From assembly GCA_026936335.1 (NCBI GenBank), contig JAPMXV010000021.1:186001-250000 (forward strand): DNA of 64,000 nt. The letters are read 5' to 3'. Every line of letters begins with the position of its first letter. Position 1 is the first letter of the stretch. The notes beneath the pieces were generated by a model. The model was not told the origin of the DNA and ran no database searches. It was given only the letters and a program-made list of their open reading frames with translations. Below, in pieces: positions 45,347 through 55,080 of this stretch. The stretch is from Mantamonas sphyraenae STR306 (Eukaryota; Protista; CRuMs). Made by a program: the position numbers and the translations under genes.

Positions 45347-47013
45347 TCATTCTGCATCGTCCACAGCGACGACCTCGACCTCGGGTGCTGCGTCCTGCTT
45401 CCTGTCCTCCTCCCCGTCCTCCTCCTCGGCTTCGTCGTCATTGAAGCTGTCGGTGGACATGGGCCGCTTGCTGCTGCTGGAGCCGTTGTTGGCGCTGTTC
45501 TGCTTGGCTTGGGCGATGGCCTCTTCGTACGAGGCGTAATGCTCCTTGTTGCGCTTGAGGATGCCCTCGACGGGCCCCAGCATACGCTCGAAACTCTCTT
45601 TGTCCAGGGTGGCGAGAACGACGTCACCATCGGCCTTGACGGTGGCGGCACGTGGCTGTGTGTACAGCAAGGCAAGCTCGCCAAAATAGTCGCCCGACTT
45701 TTCATACTGCCACACCTGGACCTCGGGCGCGTCCGGCTGGTCGGCTGGGCGTTTGGTGACCACGCAGCGGCCACGCTCCAGCAAAAAGAACGATTCGCCC
45801 TCCTCGCCCTGCTGGATAATCACATGTCCATCGGCAAACTTGCGCTGCTGCAGAGCGTCTGCAATTGTGCTGCGTTCCCAGTGACTCAGCGAACTGAGCA
45901 GCGGGATGGTTTCCAGGAAGCTCTCGTACAGCTTGCGCTTGCGCATCGTGGACTCGAGCAACACGCGACGGAAGGTGACACGATCGATGACCCAGCAGCG
46001 CGAGTCCACCTTGGCTGTCACTGTGGCCGCGCGTGGTGTGTTGTACATGAGGGCCAGCTCGCCAAACGAGGCACCGTAGCCCAGCGTTACGACCAGGTTT
46101 GTTTCGCCGTACTTGGTCACATAGATATCAAACTCGCCCGAGTCGACGACGTAGAAAAAGTCGCCCTCGTCGCCTGCGTGAGGATGCGTGTGCGGGGGGC
46201 GGGGCGCCGCGCGAGGTGGATTGAGTGTCAGCGCATGTGTTTGCGAGTCCAGAAACGGTTGAGCGACAGGAGGACGGGGCTGTGTGTTTGCAAGGATGTG
46301 TTACGAGCAGGGGAGGCAAGGGCAGGCAGGGCGCGTCGCACAGCCGAGAGAAATGGCGCGGGAAGGAGAAAGGAAGCGCCGAGGCGGGGAAAACGGTCGG
46401 CAGGGCGGTGGAAAACAAGGCGCTGGAGAGGGAGAGGAGGCACTGGAGACGTACCCTGCGTGATGATGGACTCGCCAGCAGGAACCTTCTTTTCAAACAT
46501 GGCATCGATGACCTCCTTGCGCTGCTCGTCGAGGCACGAGTTGAAGAGGAAGTTCTTGGAGATGGTTGCTTCGATGCGAGACACCTCTTCCTCGGTTTTC
46601 GGGTACACAATCTTTTCGTAGGGTGCATTCTTCTCCTCGGCACTGAGCACTTCGGCCGACACACTGGTGCGACGCTCTCGGCGAGCCATCTTCTTCATGT
46701 GCGGCGGCAAAAGAACCTCTTTGGGAGCCACGGTGTACGACTTTGGCGGAGCTGCGGCCTCACCCGCAGGCCTGGGACTGAGGGACGGGTTGGTGTCGCC
46801 CTGTGCATCGTAGCCACCGGAGAATTCGTCGCCGGTGCCCGAGTTGGCTGACCCGGGTAGGTTGATGGTGGGCGTCGCTTGCTTGCCTGCGTTGCCACTG
46901 GATGATGAGGAGGAGGGTGAGGAGGAGTGACCATCTGCGTCAGGTTTGGATGGTGACTTGGACACCTTGGGTGCCTCCTCTACGGAATTGCTCCGGCTCA
47001 GGCAACTCCCCAT
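45347..47013 (-). CDS. PKAR: cAMP-dependent protein kinase regulatory subunit. Exons 47013-46455, 46173-45347
   Basis: Inhibitor site RRTSVSAE; two CNB domains with [16 protein letters not shown] and [16 protein letters not shown]; N-terminus MGSCLS. Confidence 0.95.
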
Positions 47014-47100
47014 CGGTTCGATTGGATGCGCGGGCGTGAGGCGATCGTGCGCACCCACAGGGCGCTGAGCACACAGGTGGGCCAGCTGCTGAGAGCAGAG

Positions 47101-48156
47101 ATGCTGACTGTGGACGATTGGGTGGTTCAACATGGCAGGCGCCAGGGATGGGCCCCGGGGCGGGAGGTACGTTTAGGCGTCGCCGTTTCTGGAGGCGTAG
47201 ACAGCATGGCGCTGGCCAGCGCCGTGGCCTCGTGGAGCAAAGATGTGTATGCAGAGGACGGGAGCAGGGTGTGTGTCCGTTACGCCACGGTGGACCACGG
47301 TCTGCGTGGCGAAACGAGCCGTGGCGAAGCCGCTGCGGTGCATGCCTGGATGCTTGGGCAGGATCTGGAACACAGCGTGGTCGATGTGGACACACAGCAT
47401 CTGCAGCATCTGCCAAAACAACGTGTGCAGGCGGCTGCTCGGCGCATGCGGTACGAAGCGCTGCACAAAGCGCTGGGTCCACTGGACGCGCTGCTGACGG
47501 CGCACCATGTGGACGACGACTTGGAGACGGTGATTATGCGCATGCTGCGCCGTTCAGGGCCATTGGGACTGGCAGGGATTTCCGAACGCAGCCGAGTGCA
47601 TGGTTGCGTGCTGCTTCGACCGCTGCTTGCAGCCGGGCTGGACAAGAAGGCATGTGTGGCCATGGCCCAGCATTCACGGTGGCCATGGATGGAGGACGAA
47701 AGCAACCATTCGAGGATATACCTGCGCAATCGGCTGCGGCAGGACATGCGGTCCGAGTTGAGTCGCGCCGAGTTGGACGAGTGGCGTGGAGTTGTTTGGC
47801 GGATGAAGCGGTATCGCAGGGTCGTGCACGAGCGATTGCTGGTGTTTCTGCAGGAACATGGCGAGAGTGTGGAGAGTGCGGACTCGGTGAGGAATGTGCG
47901 TGTGGCGCTGAAGCCTTGGCTTGCGCTGGAGGCAGATTTGGGAAGGCATCTGCTGTCGCTGCTTGTGCAGAGTGTGGGCAAGCGTGGTGCAGCGCCTCGT
48001 ACGCGCGGTGTGGAACATGTGTGGCGTTTGATGAAAGAGACAAGCGCAGGACGTGGACGGGGCGTCAAGACGATGGAACTGGGTGGCGTGCAAGTGTGCG
48101 CTCGGGGCAAACAGGACAGCGTGTTATTGACTGCCTGCATTGAGGATCAAATGTAG
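47101..48156 (+). CDS. tilS: tRNA(Ile)-lysidine synthetase TilS, presumably organellar; alternative start at 47026
   Basis: PP-loop VAVSGGVDSMAL, TVDHGLR, AARRMRY, TAHHVDDDLET, LLRPLL, EDESN..RNRLR. Confidence 0.9.
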   Translation: MLTVDDWVVQHGRRQGWAPGREVRLGVAVSGGVDSMALASAVASWSKDVYAEDGSRVCVRYATVDHGLRGETSRGEAAAVHAWMLGQDLEHSVVDVDTQHLQHLPKQRVQAAARRMRYEALHKALGPLDALLTAHHVDDDLETVIMRMLRRSGPLGLAGISERSRVHGCVLLRPLLAAGLDKKACVAMAQHSRWPWMEDESNHSRIYLRNRLRQDMRSELSRAELDEWRGVVWRMKRYRRVVHERLLVFLQEHGESVESADSVRNVRVALKPWLALEADLGRHLLSLLVQSVGKRGAAPRTRGVEHVWRLMKETSAGRGRGVKTMELGGVQVCARGKQDSVLLTACIEDQM

Positions 48157-49751
48157 CGCTGTGCGTGCACGAGCATGCACTTTTCGACCACCCACAGGTC
48201 TTTCTGGCTGTCGTGGCGGAAGTACCAGAGATAGTCCTGCTTCTGGACCTCGTCCTCAGCCATCTGGTAGATGGGATTGCCCTCCTTGTCGCGCAGGTCG
48301 ACAGTGCGCTGCACAGAAAACTTGATAATAAAGGTAGGGCGGCCCTTGGTGAACATGCTGCTGACGTATTCGACGTCGCCAATCTCGAGGATGCGGCTGC
48401 GGTTTTCAAACTCGGCTGTGGAGACGTACATCTCGTTGAGGCTCCTGTATGCCTCCTCAGACAGCATGTACTTGAGGTTTTCGGCGCCTCCCTTGACGGT
48501 GGTCTCGACGAGAGGCATGAGCAGCGGCGAGACGTCGCTGAGGAGCTTGTCCTCGGAAAAGTCGGGCATGCGCTCCTTCATGGCGGCCAGGGCCATGGCC
48601 TGTTCGGTTTCTGGGAACATACGCTCGTTGAGCTCGTCCACCTTGTCCTGTACGGTGTAGAAGAGGCCACGGCCTGCGGACACGACGGGGTTCTCGCTCT
48701 TCTTCAGCGACTCCATGGCCCCTTGGATGGTCTTTGCGGTGCGTGTCTGGCCCACATCCTCCTTGAACGCTTCCCAGCGCTTCTCCCAGCCGGTCTTTTC
48801 GCGATAGGCCACTGCGCCAGGTCCCTGGTAGGCGTCTGTAGGGTTGTCGCCCGCAGCCTCGGCGGCCTCTTTCTCGCGCTTTGCCTTCTCTTCCGGGTTG
48901 GGCGGCAGCTCGCCTGCGCCAATACCCGGGCGGATGGTGCGCGTGTCGCCAAACATGTCGGTGATGGTGTCTGTGATGCCGCCAAAGAAGCTGCGCGCGG
49001 TCTCGTTCTGCTCGACTCGCTCCGAGGCACTCTTGAGGCGCTCACCGGCCGCTTCGCTGGCCTTTTGGAAGCCTTTGTAGGCAGTTGTGTTTTTGATGTT
49101 TTCGGACGCGCGCTGGCGGGTCTGGTCGAGGACACGGCGTGCTTCGCGGCGGCGCTCGTCGAGTTTGGTCTCTTCAAGGAAGCGCTCCTTCATCTGTTCG
49201 GACACGCCCTTGATATTGTTGACCGACTCCTCGAGTCGTTGCCTGGCCTGCTCCATGGCCTGTTTGCTCTGTTCCATGGCCTCCTTGCCCTTTTCCTTGG
49301 CGTCTGCAGCGTCGACGGCAGTGGAGGCCTTTTCAAACTGCTCGCGCGCCTGCTTGTACTCCTCTGTCTTTTCCAGCTTTTCCAGCTCCTTTTTGAACTG
49401 CTCGTCTTGCTTGAGCTTGTCCATGAGGTCGGAGAGAATGCCCATGTGACGGCAGAGGACGCCGGCGGGTTGTTGCTCGGCGGGCAGCAGGGCGTCGCTC
49501 AGCGGACCATGCTGTGGTCTGCCAGACGCATGCAAGGAAGTGCTGGACGAAGCAAGGTGCGTATGGGTGTGAACAGAGGCGGCTACGTGTGTGCACACGG
49601 CCGAATGTGAAGTTGAGGCGGTGGTGGAAATCCGGCGGAAATGCAAGCCTAGGGTGCCCGCTGACGTGGCCACGGGGCTTTTATGTGACACCACCTGGTG
49701 TGCAACACGCGCACCACTCTTGCCGCGCCTAAGGTTTTGACGGAGAAGCAT
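48147..49751 (-). CDS. TIM44: Mitochondrial import translocase subunit Tim44
   Basis: Arg/Ser-rich presequence, coiled coil, SENPVV, FPETEQAMAL..MPDFS, SRILEIGDVE, IIKFSVQ..RDKEGNPI, DLWVV. Confidence 0.85.
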   Translation of the reverse strand: MLLRQNLRRGKSGARVAHQVVSHKSPVATSAGTLGLHFRRISTTASTSHSAVCTHVAASVHTHTHLASSSTSLHASGRPQHGPLSDALLPAEQQPAGVLCRHMGILSDLMDKLKQDEQFKKELEKLEKTEEYKQAREQFEKASTAVDAADAKEKGKEAMEQSKQAMEQARQRLEESVNNIKGVSEQMKERFLEETKLDERRREARRVLDQTRQRASENIKNTTAYKGFQKASEAAGERLKSASERVEQNETARSFFGGITDTITDMFGDTRTIRPGIGAGELPPNPEEKAKREKEAAEAAGDNPTDAYQGPGAVAYREKTGWEKRWEAFKEDVGQTRTAKTIQGAMESLKKSENPVVSAGRGLFYTVQDKVDELNERMFPETEQAMALAAMKERMPDFSEDKLLSDVSPLLMPLVETTVKGGAENLKYMLSEEAYRSLNEMYVSTAEFENRSRILEIGDVEYVSSMFTKGRPTFIIKFSVQRTVDLRDKEGNPIYQMAEDEVQKQDYLWYFRHDSQKDLWVVEKCMLVHAQRYI

Positions 49752-49798
49752 GTGCACGAGATGGGATGGGTGGGGGAGGGCGGAGGTCGCTGCAGTGA

Positions 49799-50294
49799 CT
49801 AGGATGATGTGCTGGCCAGGCAAACTGCAACACCAGACACGACGCATGCGCAGCCGAAAAGGGACACTGGGTGTGTGTGTGTGGGGGGAGGGTGTTAAAG
49901 CGTAGGCGGGTTAGGGCTTGGGCTGGCGTGCTTTGGAGGACGGTGGGGTGGTGGGGTACTTACACCAGCTCATGTGTTTCTGCTCGCCAATGAGGAAGCT
50001 TGTGAGAAGGGTGAACATGAAGGTAAGGGTGTTTGCGACGGGTGTGGCGACGCTGAGGTCTGTGTTGCCGAGAGTCCAGTAGTAGAGGAACGAGCCGCTC
50101 ATGTTGATGACAAAGGGCAGAACGTAGCGCCAGTTGAGGAGAAGGTAGCGCATCTCTGCGGCAAATTGGGCCACAGGGCCACCTTGGACGTGAACGCGTT
50201 CCATGCCCGCGCTGCCCTGCTTCATGAACGGGTTTGTGCAACCCCAGAGGATGCCCACGCCGAGGAGGCCGAGAAGTTCGGTGGTTTGGAGCAT
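49799..50294 (-). CDS. TMEM234: TMEM234-family small DMT-like membrane protein. Exons 50294-49964, 49866-49799
   Basis: VGILWGCTNPFMKQG, NWRYVLPFVINMSGS, DLSVATPVANTLTFMFT; the spliced last TM reads LSLFGCACVVSGVAVCL. Confidence 0.9.
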
Positions 50295-50436
50295 GGGTAG
50301 TCGCAAGGGGAGAGGAGGTGGGAGTTGGAGCGGCACGCGCGCGGTGTTCGAGGCGGCGGTGGGATGGGGTTGGGTTGGACAGTGGGGAGGGGAGGGGAAG
50401 AGAACAGCCACGGGAAGCGGCATGTGAGGCAACACG

Positions 50437-53400
50437 ATGTTGCAGCATGCAGACGAGAGCGACAGCGACAGCGACGAGGGCTTCGCATACGATGGGCAGG
50501 TGGAAGTGAGGGCACTGGAGGCTGAGCCAAAGAGCGGACTGGTGGGAAGGAGGCCGGCGCCGCGGTTGGCACGGCATGATGCGGCACGAGACACCGTGGG
50601 GGTTGGGCTGGAGTCGGAGGGGTCCGGTGACACAGATCCTGGGGCAGGAGTGGAAAGGGAGTCGCATACGCTGCGCAGGGAGCAGAAACAAGAGGCGCTG
50701 CGGCCTGTGGAACGTGCCGCGGGTGCGTCAAGGAGGAGAGAAGAGGTGCGTTCAGGGAGATTCAGTCCGACGCGGACGCGGCTTCAGGGGACGGCGGCGA
50801 GGCTGAGGCGAGGCGCAGGCGTGGGAAACAGCAATGGCAGCGAGAGTGTGGGGAGCGGGTCGACTCGTGGTAGTCCGACTGGGATTGCGGGGCGTTCACG
50901 GCCGCCGATGTCGCCTGGCGCCCATCAGCTGAAGCAAACGAGGAGCAGCGGAGCGAGCCGAGGCCACTCGCGGAACCCGTCGATGACAAACATCGACAAC
51001 CTGGAACTGGACATGGCAGATGAGATTGCGGAGGAACGCAAGTACGTGGTGATCAAGATGGGCCACGTGCCAAAGGAAGCTGTGACCGAGTGGTTCCAAC
51101 GGGAAAAGTCTGTGGACGAACACAAGGCGGAGGCAGGCGCACGGGAGGAGCTTTCACAGATGTTGGAGGAGGAACAAGACGAGGAAGAAGAGCGCATCGA
51201 TCCGTCATTCGAGAAGAAGCTGCCAAAGATCCTTCAGGCCAGTGCGGGCGACGAGCACAACCGCGAGTATGCGCTGTTCACTTGTGAGTTGGATAGATAG
51301 GTGGGAGGGGGACGTGTGCGCATGGGTATCTGACACGCTGAGCACACAGTCCGTGCGTTTCAAAAGTCAAAGCACGAGATTATCAAGTCGTTCTACGTGG
51401 AGCTGATCGTACATCTGCTGCTGTGCACGCTGCTGATCTACAGCATGAACGTGACGGATTCACAGTCGGTGTACAACCAGAACAGCCTGATTGCAGACAT
51501 CTTCTTGGAGGAGGAGTTTAACTTTGCGGACGCGCAGATCAAGAAAAACTTCTTTAGCATCGCGGAGCTGGAGGAGTTTTGGCAATGGATTCAAGGGCCG
51601 TTTCTGAAGGGCGTGTACCAGTCTGCGTACTACAACGGAGATGCGCTGCCTCGGGAACGGGCAAACATCCTGCGCAACCACTTGTTTTTGACGAACCAGG
51701 TGCGCATCCGTCAGATCCGTACAAAGCCGGTCCTTTGCACAGGAAAGTTTCTGCCAGAGGTTGTGGACGGGTTCAACGGGCAGAGAGACGCACGCGGGAA
51801 ACCGCAGACGCCGTTTGAGTGTTACGTGCCAGCAAATTCGACGCACTTTGAGTGCATGGAGGCGTTTCGGGGCAAGTATACGTGCAACAACTCGCTGGCC
51901 AACATCAACGGAGGCCCAGAGAACTACGGGCACTACTATGGAACAAGCGGCTACGTGGTGGACCTGCCGCGGCGCAACGAGACGCTGGGGCGCAGCATGG
52001 TGGCAACACTGATCAAGGACCGGTTTCTGGACGAGTGGACATCAGCCATTGTGATTGAGGTGAACCTGGTGAACCCGTCGACAGAACTTGTGTCGACGCT
52101 GCAGATGCTGGTGGAGGTGACGGCGGCAGGGCAGCTTCTGCCTTCGTACAGACTGTACACGAATGAGCCACCGATCAGCTCACAGCTGGGCCAGTTTCGG
52201 TATGTCATCGAGCTGGCGCTGGCGGGGCTGGTGGGCCTGTACATCATGCTGGAGGTGTTCCAGATGAACCGCAGCGGGTGGCCAGCGTATGTGTCGGACG
52301 CCGGGAAATGGATCTACCTGGACTTTGCGCTTATTGTGCTGCTGCTGAGTACGGTGGCGATGCGCGTGTACATCCTGTGGACGGTGACGGCAGACCAGTA
52401 CCATGACTTTGGCAGTGCGTCGTACCGTGATCTGTACGTGATCAACGAACTGGTGTCGCTGAACAACGGGTTGGCAGGGCTGTGCATCATGCTTGCGCTG
52501 CTGAAGACGTTTCAGTATGTGCGTGGAGCGCGGCGGATGTATTTGATTTGGGAGACGCTTGCCGGAGCTGTGCCGGACCTGATCTCGTTTGGGATTGTGT
52601 TTGGCGTGGTGATTTCTGGGTTTGCGCTGTGGGGCCAAGTGCTGTTTGGCGGGTACAGCCGTGACTTTCAGACGTTCTCGTCGGCGTTTTCTGCATGCCT
52701 ACGTATCATGATTGGGGAGGTGCCGTACAGGCCGCTGGCAAACGTGCAGCGGATCTACGCGCCGCTGTTCTTTTCGCTGTACATGGCAACGGTGTACCTG
52801 ATCATGATCAACGTGTTCATTGCGATCATTACGAACAAGTACGAGACGGAATCGGACGAGTACGAGATGTACCGCAACAGCGCGCTGGAAAAGCTGGGGT
52901 CGTTCGACCTGCTGGACAACTACGAGTACATTGTGCGGTACCACACGACGTTGTGGGTGAACCACATTGTGATGTTGACTGAGGAGCCGACTCGGTGGCA
53001 CGCGGTGCCGAGAGACTTTACGATGATGTCTCTGCCGGCAGGGGCCGAGGTGTACTTGCGCCACTTTCGCTGGCCGCTTTCGCAGACGGTGGAAAGAAGC
53101 GATTTTCAACCACGCACGTACGTGAGCGTGAATCGAGACGATTTTGACTCGTTTGTGATGCGGGGCTACTTCATTCGGCTTGGCACGAGCACGCTGTTGG
53201 TGGAATACCGGCGGAAATCGAAGCGTGTGCGGTATGTGAAGTGCACGGTGATGCTTGAGGGCGTTGTGAGGATGGGTGACGAGCTGTCGCTGTACAGCGC
53301 AAAGAACACGTCGCGAGCGCACGTGGAGGGCCTGCTGGAGAAGATCACGGCGGGAGACAGGTTTGCACAAGGGGCGTACGCGACGCTGCGGGGTGAGCTG

Positions 53401-54570
53401 GAGGAACGGAGCAACTTTCTGCAGAGCTGGAAAATCTACTGCCAGCAACCGAAGCTGGTGAAGAACGAGTTTCGCAAGCCGACCAAGTCGCAAGTGTTCT
53501 TCCGCGGGCTGGCGTTTCCGGTGGACATCTTTCTGCATCCGCCAGATCGACTCAAGATCAGCGAGCAGAGTGTGCACGACGTGATGGTTGTGGAGAGCCA
53601 GAAGCGTGCGCGGAAGCAGATCCACAAGCTTATCAAGCATGCGTCGACGTTTGGGATCAACTTTCACCGGAACGACCTGGTGATGTTCTTTGAGGATCTG
53701 CTGATGCAGGGAGTGTTGATGGTGCGCACCGTGCCGACGCTGAAGCGGTACCTGCAGGCCTGGCTGGACAAGAACAGCTCGCGGCGGCTGCACATCCAAC
53801 CGACGAGCTGGCGGCTGTTGGTGTCGATTAGCAAGGCACTGTACAGGTACTTTTGCCTGGAGGAGGAGGAGGAGATTGTGCTCGGGGACAACGAGGAAGA
53901 GGACGCGTTGCTGAAGAAGCGGATGCGTGCGGAAGCGGACGTGGTGGAACAGAAAGGATGCTGTCGGGAGGAGGTGCGAAGACATCGGGAGGAGGGAGAC
54001 GAGGAGTACGAACTGGCGCTGCGACGAAAGGAGAGCCGAGCGGAAGAGATGAAGAAGCTGCAATTGGAGGAGCAGCGGCAGGAGCACATGCTGGACGAGC
54101 ACGACGGGATCCCGACGGAGTCGGCGCCGTCAGAGACGCTGCGGATGGCGAACAAGGGGGTAGGGACGTTTGGGCTGGACACGATGAGTTTCAGCGACGT
54201 GGTGAAGCGACAGCGGGACCGGTGGTGCCTCAAGATGGCAGAGAACCTAATGGTGTATCTGGGGTCGCCAAACTACCCGGGGTCGATTGACCACGTGCTG
54301 TCACTGTACGGTGTGACGGAGAAGGAGATCCACTCGCTGAAGGGCCAAAAGAAGAAGAAGCTGGGAGAGCACATGATGATCCATGAACTGCAGGACCAGG
54401 TGAAACAGCTGAGCACACGCGTGGAAGAGCTGCAGGAGCAGCTTGGAGGCGTGCGCGTTGGCGGAGCATCGACGGGAGGGTCGTTTCGGCAATCGAGCGT
54501 TCGTTCGCGGGGAGGAACCGGGTTGTTGAGCAGGCATGGGAGCACAGCAACCGATGGGGCAGAGGGGTGA
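50437..54570 (+). CDS. PKD2: Polycystin-2 (TRPP/PKD2-like) cation channel with long cytoplasmic C-terminus. Exons 50437-51283, 51350-54570
   Basis: FFSIAELEEFWQWIQGP, VRIRQIR, YGTSGYVVDL, FLDEWTSAIVIE..NPS, pore and S6 region FQTFSSAF..GE..PLFF..INVFIAII. Confidence 0.88.
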
Positions 54571-54593
54571 TGTGGGACAATAGATTACGTGGT

Positions 54594-54910
54594 TTATGCG
54601 TGTTTTGAGGTGTTGTGGGCAGATGTGTGGAGCTGGTGGACCTGAGGGAGGCGCAGGATTGGGCGGGAAGCGGGAAAGCGCGAGGTGTGAGGTGTGTGAG
54701 GGAGGAGAGCAGATGGATGGTGGGTGCAGACAAGCGCTGTGTGGAAGTACACACCTGGAGACGGTCCTTGAGAGCCTGCACGCTTTCCTGGTGCAGGAGC
54801 ATGCGTTCGAGCTGGTCGTTCATGTTGGCGAGGTTTTGAGTGACGCCACGAGTGACATTCGTGAGAGCAGAGAGGCTCTGGAGGGTGTCATTGGAGAGTT
54901 GAACAGACAT
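54594..54910 (-). CDS. Small coiled-coil protein, possibly a DASH/Dam1-complex Dad1/Dad4-like subunit. Exons 54910-54755, 54641-54594
   Basis: 67-aa helical MSVQLSNDTLQSLSALTNVTRGVTQNLANMNDQLERMLLHQESVQALKDRLQ|VHQLH...; CAG|GTGTGT donor and CTCAG acceptor. Confidence 0.45.
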
Positions 54911-55080
54911 GGACGGGGCGGGCTAAGGTGGCGGAGGAACGGGGATTGTGTGGGCTGGCCGGCGATGCGCTGGAGCAGGCAAGTCACCGCGAACCACGCG
55001 TTTTTTTGGAAAGCCCAGGCGGATTTTCTATTGGCGACAGTGTGGGGCGTGCAAGCGGAATAGAGAAGCAAAGACACAAT

